In this document: positions 13,268 to 23,411 of the stretch, one piece after another
Numbering within the stretch: the stretch's first letter is position 1
Layout: every line of letters begins with the position of its first letter
Source of the DNA: Zygnema circumcarinatum SAG 698-1b
Taxonomy: Eukaryota; Plantae; Zygnematophyceae
Length of the DNA: 64,000 nucleotides
Direction: 5' to 3'
NCBI GenBank assembly: GCA_037447605.1
Contig: CM074804.1
Span: 5,495,909 to 5,559,908 of the forward strand
Made by a program: the position numbers and the translations under genes
Notes under the pieces: generated by a model
What the model saw: the letters and a program-made list of their open reading frames with translations, nothing else
Databases searched by the model: none
Told to the model about the DNA's origin: nothing

Positions 13268-14738
13268 TTAGGGGTTGACATTGTGAGCCTGTCCCCGACC
13301 CGAGGCTGTTGCCTTGACCTTTATATGCTGCTCGACCCTGCAGTGCTTGCTGGTCCACAGACCACAACTTTGCCTGTTCGGGGCCTCACTGAAAGTGCGC
13401 TTGCCTTCTGCCGTCTGGTTGGCAGGAAAGGAGGCATCACTGGGAAGGATGCTGAGAAGTGTTTTGAAGCGATCGAAAAGCTTTAATGCTGAGCATAAAC
13501 GGACAGCGCGCATGGCTCGCCCGGCCAGTGAAGCAGGGAAGGCTGCAGCTTGGCAGGGTGACCAGTCCATCCCCCATTCATGCAGGCGCTATGTAGGGAC
13601 TCACTGCTGCAGGGCAGACCGAATAAGACACGTTCAACTGCGCGATTGTGGAGTGAATTCTTCTTGGCACGAGTCCATGGCATCCGTATGCTGAATTGCG
13701 GCTGCTTTGTCTTGAGGTCAACTCGCTCAGACCTCATTCTTTTTAGGGTGTACGAGCTTGGAAACTCTCGCCAGAGGGAGACGCCCTTGTGATCCGGCAG
13801 TTGCACTGAAGACAAACGTTGGGCTCATTCTTTCACAAACTACTTTCCGAAACATACTTTTGTTCTTTTAATATTTCTGTGTCGCATTTTTGAGGCATTT
13901 GCAGAGTACCAGTCTATGGCCACTGGGCTATTGTACCACAGGTTTCTCGTTGGAAGGAGGGTGGGTGGGGGGCGGGGGGAAGGGGAGGGGAGGGAGGGGC
14001 GGCGTAACCACCTTCATTGTCGTTTATCACACTCGGCTTTTATCTCGTCCGTCGGAGTTTTGACTTAAGGATCCATAATGTCTTGAAAGCTGTTTGCCAT
14101 CCTTGGGGCAATCCTTGGGGAGCTGGGATGAAAACTTGAAATGAAATTGTTTTTTTTTTAGATAGAGAATTTGAATCATGGTTAGGATTAAGCATGCGAG
14201 TCTTTGGCAGACTTTGAGTTCGTGAATTGTTTCGACGGTGAGTTGTGTCGTCTAGTTGTGGTTGTGGTCACGTTAGTCTGCTGGACCTGTCAGCGCTGCT
14301 GGGCAACCACCCAGCCAGTGGCTAACATGAGATAACTGTGCTAAGTCGAGTTAACAGTGGCTGTCAGCGGCACAAACAATTTAGCAGTGGCCAATACGAT
14401 TTAACGGTGGCTAACAGTTGGTGTGCACGGATGTGAAAGGCATTGTGCAGAGAGTCTGCAGTGCGAATGGACTCAGCAGCATAGAGACGTGCCCTGGTTG
14501 TTCTGTGGCCTGTGGCGGTAGTGGGATCCAGAAGTGAAGAAAGCTGATACTCACCTTGTGTGAAAGTGCTCTCAAGGTTCCTTGAGCCCGGCTTTGCTCT
14601 CTGCTCCCTTTCCTCTGTGGTGTGAACTGTGGAGCGAGTGGGCGAGTCAGGCGCTGTGCATGGCCATGCCAAGCGATCGTGTTTGCCACCTTCATGGACG
14701 TGATCAAGCGCGTACTTCTTGGCTATGTGTGGAAACAT
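13268..14738 (-). CDS. Possible spliced orphan ORF, unknown function
   Basis: Two GTGAGT donors (~14555, ~13605) with acceptors (~13808, ~13543) join three reading frames in phase (..STFTQ-V-QLPDHKG..LPCS-T-FPASLAGR..). No recognisable domain. Confidence 0.25.
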
Positions 14739-15964
14739 TCGCTAATCGGCAGCTTGTTGGCGCGGGTGGTTGGCTTTGGTCGGGGCCTAGCGTATTCCGG
14801 CTTGAAAAGTTGAGATTGTTTTTGGGGAGAGTTGATGTGTGTGCAACTGCGGCATCGTCACTTGGTAGCGTGGTGCGGCCAAACTTTCAATTACGTACAT
14901 GGCAGCACAGTAAATCGGGGGAGTCAGACATTGACTATCGCGTACTAAATTCCCGAATTTATTATACTAAAGTCAAAGTTTTGTGTACGAATTTCGGGTC
15001 GGGATCCGCGGCTCCGCCGTACACAGCCGTATTGAAATGCGTACCTAGCCAATGCTTAAGTTCGCCCGACAGGCTTGCTTAATTGATTTGGCGATGGTTA
15101 ATGTTTGACTCCCCCTAATGCAAGCGCATGCATTCTTGGTCAGTCGCGTGGGAAAGGGGTGTGTGATGAAATCTAATTAGCAATGAAACGCGGACACGTG
15201 GCAGATCGCACCGCATGGTCTCTGTCGGGCAACTCCCGCATTCCTCCTTTTGATGTTCGCGAGATGCCACATGGACTCCACGTGGCGTCGTCTCGTTGGC
15301 CCTAGCTGCGGCATTCACCGGCTGGCACTTGCGGGCGGTTTACATTTCAACCGGTTGCAGCCAGCTGGATACCGTTAACTTCGTTTTGGAGGTTGAAAAA
15401 ACTCTCCGCCTCAGTTTGCAACTCCGGAGCTGCCATCACTTGAACGCAGTTGAACCATGTAAACGCAGCCTACTCGAAGCGACATGCTGTTGACTGTAAA
15501 TTTTTGTCCTACGATCAAAGCACGCATGCCTGTACCAGCGTGATTTTTTAGATTGCGACAATCATTATCTGTCCAACAGTTGTCTATGTAGACTGTTTCC
15601 AAGTGACCAACGTTCTCAAAGCTTTTAGACACACAAGTAGCTTAGTGCAGCTGCAATCCCAGGCGTCAAGCAAACAAAACAAACCAAACAATAGGAAAGG
15701 CAGAGCGTTATGGTCCTTTCTGAAGAGGAGAGCGCCGAGCAACAAACGTAATGTGACTTCCACTCTGGTTAAGAATAGAAGGCGATGGAGCCTGTTGTCT
15801 GCCCGCCCGTCGTCTTCATCCATGGCCTCGGCTCACGGATGCTTCCCATCCGTAGCGTGGGCCGCCAACTCAAAGATTTTGGGGCGCATTTGAGTACACA
15901 AAAGGGCGACAGCGACAGACACCCAACGTTTGCCAGCCGACGAACTCCTGGAAGGATTCCATGT

Positions 15965-17471
15965 TCAGTAGTCTGAATTCGTACTGCTGCGCTTCGCAAG
16001 AAGACTCAACATCGCGATGGACAACATGAGCACCATGAGCGAATACAAAGCACGCACACCCCATTCCGTCAGACTGCACATCGTCGAGGCTGGTCTGGCA
16101 ACCTGTGTCCTTATTGAGAGATTTGGATTTGGAATCCGTACAATCTGCTACTTTCTAACCTATTGAAAGAAAACTTCATGTTGTTTCCTTCCCATCATCC
16201 TATTATGCTCCGAAGCCACGTGTCGAACTTATAAACTTAGGATTATAATATCAACTAGTATCAACTTGACTCCATTTCTGCATTTAAGACTCGCCCTCTG
16301 ACAACAGGAATCATGCAAGCTTCGGCACAAGGTGTATCTCAGCTTGATTCACCTTATACAGACAAAAGGCTTCGAAGACAGTGGACCTTATTTGACACTG
16401 CTACTGAAAGTGAATCGCTACTTTAAGCGATTTTGAGAGTTACAAAATACAAAAATATCAACACTTTTAGTAGCTTGACAAAACTAGTGATGTTGCCAGG
16501 CGAGAAGTCGATAAATTCTCGAGCCTTCCCATGCCGCTCTCCTTGACAAGAAGGAAAGCAAGCAGAGGGATGACTTGAAGAAGCGCAGCAGGAAACACTT
16601 TCCGCCACAACAGAAGGTAACAGATCTCCGCCTTTCGCCGCCACGACCGTTTGCCCTCCCCCTCCGCGGCAGCAGTCAACTCCAACCACTGAGCGGCGCC
16701 GTCATCCTCCTCTCCTCCCGTCACAGTCTGCCAAAATGTCGAAATCACCGACCTCTCCCGCGCAGCCTCCATGGAGCTTAACCCTCCCATTTCTGCCAGC
16801 TCGCTGACGTCCCACACTCGCCCGCAACTGTCAAACCGTTCGGTTTTCAATGCATTGCGCTCCGTCCAGCGGTAGGTCTCCGCCATGCACTGCTTTGTCG
16901 GAAAATGACCCGCACGAAACACCGCAACAAATTTGCCCGTCGCCAGACCCATAGCGGCATTGAGCACTTCCTCCTGATTGCCTGCGCCTTCTACCCGACA
17001 TAAGGAGAATCGCTGCGGATTCTTGCTCACTATTTCAGCAAGCTCTTCCTCAAAGGCAGGAGGTACTTGTGAAGAACGTGAAGGCTCGGAAGAGTAAGCC
17101 AGCACCACTTGCAAATGCGCGGGGTAATTTACAGACAGAAAAGCTTCTGCAGTCTTCTGAAAAGCCGGATAATCAATTGGGAAAAGCCCAACAACGATAG
17201 CAGAGGCAGGAGGATACTCTGCGTTCCTCGTCACACTCTTTCCAGAACGGGGGTCGCGCATAGTTCGACCTATGACGAGAATCATTTTTATCCACAGCAT
17301 GATGGCAGTGAAGGAGAGGAGAGAAACAAGAACGCAGGTGCAGAGTGGAGCTAGAGATGCCACGGCTGAGTCCAGCATCAAGTACAGAGTTAGCGGGCCC
17401 GCCATCGCTATCACAAGACCACCGGCCGCGGGGAGATCGCTGGGAGCCTTCGAAGCAGCTTGAAATTCCAT
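15965..17471 (-). CDS. GT2-fold membrane protein, catalytically degenerate (related to the Tft1/AGlcS-type bacterial-fungal-bryophyte GT2 clade); apparent 1-nt frameshift near 16470
   Basis: 334-aa ORF with N-terminal TM helices, YPPASAIV..EAFLSVNYPAHLQVVLAY, LCRVEG..LNAAMGLATGKFVAVF-RAGH-FP..YRW and C-terminal LLLWRKVFP..LQVIPLLAF. These segments track the family pattern YPPASAII..LQVILAYN..VNAAL..TGEFVGIFDADH..WREIYPWLSLQMFP. A putative exon 2 at 16102-15965 adds a TM segment. Confidence 0.72.
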
Positions 17472-18985
17472 CGCTGAGGGAAGGAGGTGGAAGGCTGAGA
17501 GGAGAAGGAGAGGGCGCGCTGTGAAGGAGAGGGGGGGGGGGAGGGGAGAAGGCGGAGCGGGCAGCGTCCCACCGCGCGTGGCGGTTGGGAACAGAGAAAC
17601 AGTTCGGGAGGCGAACGGTTGGCTGCGGAGGGGTCGTTACGACGTGGCGCTTCATGAGTGGCTAAGAGTAATTTCGGAGGCTGAAAAGTCCACAACCGCC
17701 CTGCGGCGGGTACTTTGAAAAGGAGTGACGGTTATGAAACGACAAGAATTAACTGTCACGAGAGCAGTCCGGGCCGGTACGGACTTTGTAGGGAAAGGAA
17801 TTATAGTTCTGGCGGTTGCTAAAAGCCGGTGGTACGGCGACGTCGGTTGTCGATTGGCGGCGTCGATTCGCTCGCCGGGAGGGGCTTGGGGAAGCGCAGG
17901 GGCGGCCGTACCATACGGTCGCCCACCTGTACGGACCCGCCCTCTACACGCGTGAGGCATGTCGATTTGCGAGAACGTGGCCACTCTGATTGGCTGCTTG
18001 GTACGGTACAGTACGATATGTACGGTACGGTATGGACGTCCGTACAAGTCCGGCACTGTTTGCCGCGCTAGCGCGACCCTTTGGGCTCATGCAGTGATGC
18101 CGCGGCGGTTGTTGGCCATGAGCCCGTGACTCATGAGACCAACGCCAACATGATGGTGCCGCAATGGCCGCGGCATGCGCAGAGCGAGTGTCCTCTTCTC
18201 CTCTTCGATAACTTGAGCGACATGGCACTCACTCGCTATCCCAACTTGACAAAAAAATACTTTCGGCGTTTGGAAGTCAATAAGTAAACGGAACAAAACA
18301 AGTGTCGCCATGATCCAAGAAGTGGACCATGTGACAGTGCACGTGTCAGGTGCATTGCATTTCCTGCAAGAAGGTCAAGAAACCACGAGATGTAGAGAAG
18401 GCATGTTTCATAAGCGAAGGGAGGTTGTGTGTTCTGTGTTGACACCTGGCAGTGCCCTCCATTGTAAGAAAGCGTAAAAAAAGAGCGAGCTCGTGCTTGT
18501 CATTACATGGCACAATGTGTTATCCATATCTTATAAATAGCTTTGGTATACATCCTTGTTATAGTCTTGTCAAACCAACTGAGAATTCCAAAGTTCCTTA
18601 ACTTTTTGAAACATTTTTGTAACGTTCAGCCAGGTGTTCTTCCAATGTTAACTTCGCTTGCGGGTTCTGGCCACCGCGCACTCCGTGCTTTCCACCTCCG
18701 GTCGTTTTCTTACCGCTGTGTGCGAGTTTGTGTTCGAGAGGGCGGGATCTTCGCCTGCAAACACAAAAACGAAAATGGAATAAAAAAAAGAAGGACATGG
18801 ACATTGGGTTCAATGGTCGCGCCAATGGTTGCAAGCACTGGATTCAATGGTTGCCAAACATTGTCAACGGTTCGAACCATTGGTTTGGCTGTTCACGTTT
18901 TTTTCAGAATTCTCGCCATTCACTTGCTGCACGATGGTTGCCGGTTGCCTCACAACATTTCGCGCTTTCTATGTACCGCGCTGGT

Positions 18986-19225
18986 CCGCCATTGCCCATT
19001 GGTCCTACGCCAATGGTTGGAAGCATATCGAATGGTTCGCACCATTTAATTTATTAACTGGTTCCAACAATTGACGGCAGCCATTGAATCCGTTCAATGG
19101 TTGGCAACCATTGACGGACGGGCCAGCCCACCATTGGCAATGGTTGGAACCAGTTAAAAAAATCAATGGTGCGAACCATTCAATATGCTTCCAACCATTG
19201 GCGTACGACCAATGGGCAATGGCGG
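18986..19225. repeat. Long inverted repeat / foldback element
   Basis: 18986-19047 is the reverse complement of ~19164-19225 with about 3 mismatches. TTAACTGGTTCCAAC (19054-19068) pairs with GTTGGAACCAGTTAA (19143-19157). Confidence 0.9.
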
Positions 19226-19355
19226 AGATACATAAACAAATTGGGGGAGCTTAGCCCCCATCAGATTTTGAAAATTCAACTTCTTTTTATTTTATCTTTT
19301 TATGCTGAGCGAGGACTTATCCCCCCCTCCTGCAAAAAAACTGGATCCGCCACTG
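19217..19355. mobile_element. Possible PIF/Harbinger-type MITE remnant
   Basis: Ends CAATGGCGGA...TCCGCCACTG (9/10 inverted match, right end CTGGATCCGCCACTG), subterminal GGGGG..CCCCC and an AT-rich core. No clear target-site duplication. Confidence 0.35.
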
Positions 19356-19645
19356 CGTAGGACCCAGGCAAACATCGCCATCGGTCGCAACCATTGATTG
19401 CGAATGGTTGGCTACCGTTCTCGTCGTTGGAACCATTTGACAACCAACCATTGGCAACCACTGATTGGCCAATGGTTGCCGTACTGGAAAGAGCTGCGCG
19501 CTGCGCCAAAAACCGGCAACGCGCGGCGTTGCCAATCCAACACATACGGGTAGCAGGGCGAGGACTGGACTGCTGCAGCCGCCGGCGCCTTGCTCGGGTG
19601 CTCGCTCAGCTTCCGTCGTCAATAGCAGCACTAGTGCGAGCCTCC

Positions 19646-20316
19646 ATGGATGCACCCGAGAAGCAAGCATGTAGCTCACCAGAGTGGAGGGACGAAGGCT
19701 GCTCTCCAGAGCCTGCTGACGTTGGCGCCATTGAGATTGCAGGCGCAGCGGTTTCTGATTCGGATCAAAACGCTGCAGGAAGTCAGCTAATGGAACTCAC
19801 GAATATCATTACCGGAGATATTAAAACATCCTTTCTCGCACTTTTCCCGGCAATGGAGTAAGGAATATGGCTCATTTCTTTGTAAATAGATGGGAGTGCT
19901 TGGAATAATGTCGATTGCTTGCTTTTGGATATGTGATACAATATGGCTGCGTTAAACATTTGATGGAGTTCCATTGTTTCCGAAATGATGATTGCACTGG
20001 AAGTGATCATCTTGCAACAGTGTCAAGGGCTGCTGCTTTTCAGTGCCAGAACGCAGAGACGAGCATCCAGCCTTTTCTTTTCTATTGCTCGCATTGGAGT
20101 GCCCTTCATCCTGACGAATAGTGTGGTGCTTCCTTTCCTTTTGTTTTCTTACTTTTATTCCCGTTAATTTCTCTTAGGGACATTAACTTAAGCGCAGCTC
20201 AAGTAAACCAGGAAATTTTTTCAGCAAAAACGGCAGTATTGGAGACGAGAACTGGATTTGCACAGAATATAGAAGAAGTGCAGGACACTGCGAAGAAGCT
20301 TCTGAATCTTTTCTGA
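19646..20316 (+). CDS. Small two-exon protein (116 aa) with C-terminal coiled coil, unknown function
   Basis: Exons 19646-19857 and 20178-20316, with donor GTAAG and a strong pyrimidine-tract acceptor, phase 2. The spliced product ends ..LFPAMEDINLSAAQVNQEIFSAKTAVLETRTGFAQNIEEVQDTAKKLLNLF*. Confidence 0.62.
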
Positions 20317-21712
20317 TGGTACGAAGGATCTTTTTTGCAAATCTTATCGGTGTTCTTCCCTGTTGCTGTCCGGTTTGGCACCTTACTCTCACCACGATTT
20401 GCCTTGACGTAACTCCCTTCCGGAAGAACTTCTGTGACGATTGTATTCCTGTTCTTTATGTTTCAGGGATACTGCTGAAGCCCGCTGGTCAACACGAAGC
20501 CTCGAGTAATTTTACGCCTCTCGTGTGTCAATACAAGTTGGAAGATGCTATCCTGTAGATGTCGTGTCAAAACATCCAGCCTGTTTCGGCTAGGTTACTT
20601 GTGTTCGTATTCACAATTTCTATTGCAACAAATTCAGGGTAGCATTTACGACACGTGCATAAGTCTTCAACGTGTTATAATCTCCTTAACGAAGACTCTG
20701 AAAATTGATGTCCGCTTTTTGAGTGCCACTGAACAGCGAGCTTTTTGCAAGGGATTGCTATAAATCTGCAATTTTTTTCTTACTTCCAAAGTCAATGGTT
20801 TCAGCGAAATAGATGATGGTGCAGCTGACATTATTGTAATCTATCTGACTGCAAAACTTTGAGCCCTCAACATCCGCAACTCTCATCGCACTAAGATTGT
20901 CGTGATAATCTCCACTTCCCACGTGCAGAACATTGCATGGTTTCCTTGCTTTGTTTCGTAGTCGATCTCCTCTGAACTTTACGATTTATCTGCCAGTTCA
21001 CGAGACGTCCATGGCTCCGCTGCAACTCGGCGACAACCGCCGCCTCATACTTTCTGCACTTCGCACAGCGGTGACAGCGGGCGGGCTTCAGCGGCAAATT
21101 TTCGACCTCCACTCAAGCTCGAGTATGAAACTTGAGCAGGCCCAGAAGCAAGCGAGCCATAGGGCAGCTGCTGATGATACGCGCCTGTAAGAAGTCACCA
21201 AAGGTACAAAATATTGGTTGACAGGACGACCACGCAACGCTTTTGTTTCGCAAGATAAAATTGACAATTTAGTTTTATTTTTCCAACGGTGATATCTCAG
21301 CTAACACATGAAAGTTTCTAGTACCCAAACATGTGAAAAAACAAAGCTTGAAGGGGCGAACAAGTCTGACCAGAGTGAAAACCACTTAGAAAGGAACATA
21401 TATTCACGTCCCCTTCTTGACTACCAGACCCCTTGAAATGGACAGATTCCCACGACAGCTCACCAGAGCCGTCCTGGAAACTCGCGCATAGTTTTCAGTG
21501 ACTAAACTGACTCCATAAACCGATATCGCTCGGAACTTGTGTCATGATTGCTCTAGTACAAGTACCCACAACCCGCTTTTCTAAAAAACTCAAAATCTAT
21601 GATAGTAGAACTCGATGTTCGTTTTTGGAGAAAGAAATTTCCCCTCTATCCCTTATGATGGCTGGCGCACAACCTCGTCCTGGGAGGGGCTGATCGCTTG
21701 CAGTCAAAGAGT

Positions 21713-23411
21713 TCATCTTCTGGAAGCACAATTAGCGTTCTTGGGGATGCAGATGCTGCCGTTCTTGCTGAATATTTTCTTGAGAGTCGCGTCTGTGCAT
21801 GCGAACTTGTTCAGCACTTTGAAAGTTTCTTTCTTGGTGAAGCATGCATTGACTTTCAGGCACGTGTCTGCTTTGAGAACCTTGCGCAGATCGCCCTTGC
21901 ACGCTGCTGACGCACCCGGCTCGACAGCGCTGAGGCAGACCTGTGAGAAAAATCGCAGCCAGATGTCTGCGTCAGCATGTGCCGAATCCATTTCCCTATT
22001 GCAAGTGATCTATCTACATGTTACATGACGACACCACTGACATCTCAACATGCAGAAAGAGACAGCAGGCTAACTTTGAAACTCTTGCAATACAAGAAGA
22101 AAAGGAGGAGACTCATGAGCTGCTATCTAAATGACCTGACATGCACTAGAACCATCAAATCGGGTGTAACTGACTGTTTTTCAGACAGATGCAAAAGCTT
22201 GGGGAATTGGGGACATTGGGCATGCTTCACCTCCTGCACCAGATGGCCGCTCGAATTTGCTGCCATAAGCAGGCGTCCGCAATACTCTCCGGGGTTCAAA
22301 TAATAGAAATTTCATGCGTCTCCTTCCAGGGAGGCGGAGATAATGTCGGAGCACGACTCATTGGCAAGCACTTCATAGAGAACAAGTGCATGGCCGGGGA
22401 TACTCGAAAGCGCCTCGCTCAATGCACACCTGTGAAAGATCATCCAAAGGGAAAGGACAGTTGAAGGAGGGACTCTATCAATAAGTCGTGGAAACTCTAC
22501 AGCGTTAATTGAATAATTTGACGTTGTAGTTAGAACGTCAGCTGTCTGCCTGAAAACAGACACAAACATGGTATAAGAAAGGAGGACATAAGGTGAATTA
22601 CATGCACATAAAAATTGTAAACCTCTCAATTTTTCAAAACCTGGTTAAAAAAACACTAAAACCCAACGTAAACACCTCGTGTAAAGGGGATCAGGGTTGC
22701 TCTGATGAAAACATTATTAAAGAGACTCTCTGCGGCTCTGTTGTCAGTGCAAGCACCTGCTGAAATGGCTGCAGCGCAGAGCAGTCGAGGTCGGGGTTGG
22801 GGGAGTAAGTGCCCGAGAGCGCAGCAATGTCAAACATCACCGCAATGGACGAGCAACTGTCACCCTGCAGAGAAACACGGACAGAAGGGTGAGGAGGAAG
22901 GAAGCGAGGGACACAGAGGAGGGAAAGCAGAAGAGCAGGAGAAGAGAGAAGGGGGGGGGGGAAGAGAGAGAACCGCGACCAGCTGTCATGATAACAAACT
23001 ACGTGCTGATCCTACGAAGCAACGGAATCGATGTTGCTGAAATTTGGGACATTTACCATCTTTCCAGTGGGCAGCGCATTGATGCAGTCCAGGTCCTGCA
23101 ATAGCGTGCTGGTTTCCACTAAGTATGAAGCGAAAACGTGGCAAACAATAGTACGACGCTGCATCTGATCATCGAAAAACAGTGCACCAAGTATATACTC
23201 CTGAAAAGTACGTACTGTATTTTGCGCAACTAAGTTGTTTTTGCTGATTCCGCAAGTGTTGCGCACCAAATCACATGTGACGTTGAAGCCGGTTGGAACA
23301 ACAAAATATTGAAGTTCCGGACTTGGGATGCCAACTGCACACGTTGTTGACAGGCTTTCTGATGAGCTATCCTCGGACGTAAACCGTATGCAAACGAACG
23401 AGTGGTGGCTC
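21713..23411 (-). pseudogene. Cys-type LysM-repeat protein gene (three LysM domains) with an in-frame TGA at 22312-22314; 5' exons may extend to ~24380
   Basis: Exons ~23411/23335-23216, 23095-23016, 22429-22231 and 21940-21713 splice in phase. They give LysM1 YFVVPTGFNVTCDLVRNTCGISKNNLVAQNTDLDCINALPTGKMVNVP, LysM2 YEVLANESCSDIISASLEGDA*NFYYLNPGEYCGRLL..GHLVQEVCL and LysM3 KVLKADTCLKVNACFTKKETFKVLNKFACTDATLKK..GSICIP. Confidence 0.7.

Noticed and set aside
15411-15632. YIDNCW resembling the GH27 IDDCW motif
   Set aside because: Isolated five-residue similarity with no other GH27 motifs nearby.
18800-19480. CRISPR-like repeat-spacer array
   Set aside because: Units are short, in both orientations and irregularly spaced, the context is eukaryotic, and there are no cas genes.
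21600-21712. SECIS element that would make the LysM TGA a selenocysteine
   Set aside because: I recognise no SECIS hairpin, and the TGA is not at one of the conserved LysM cysteine positions.
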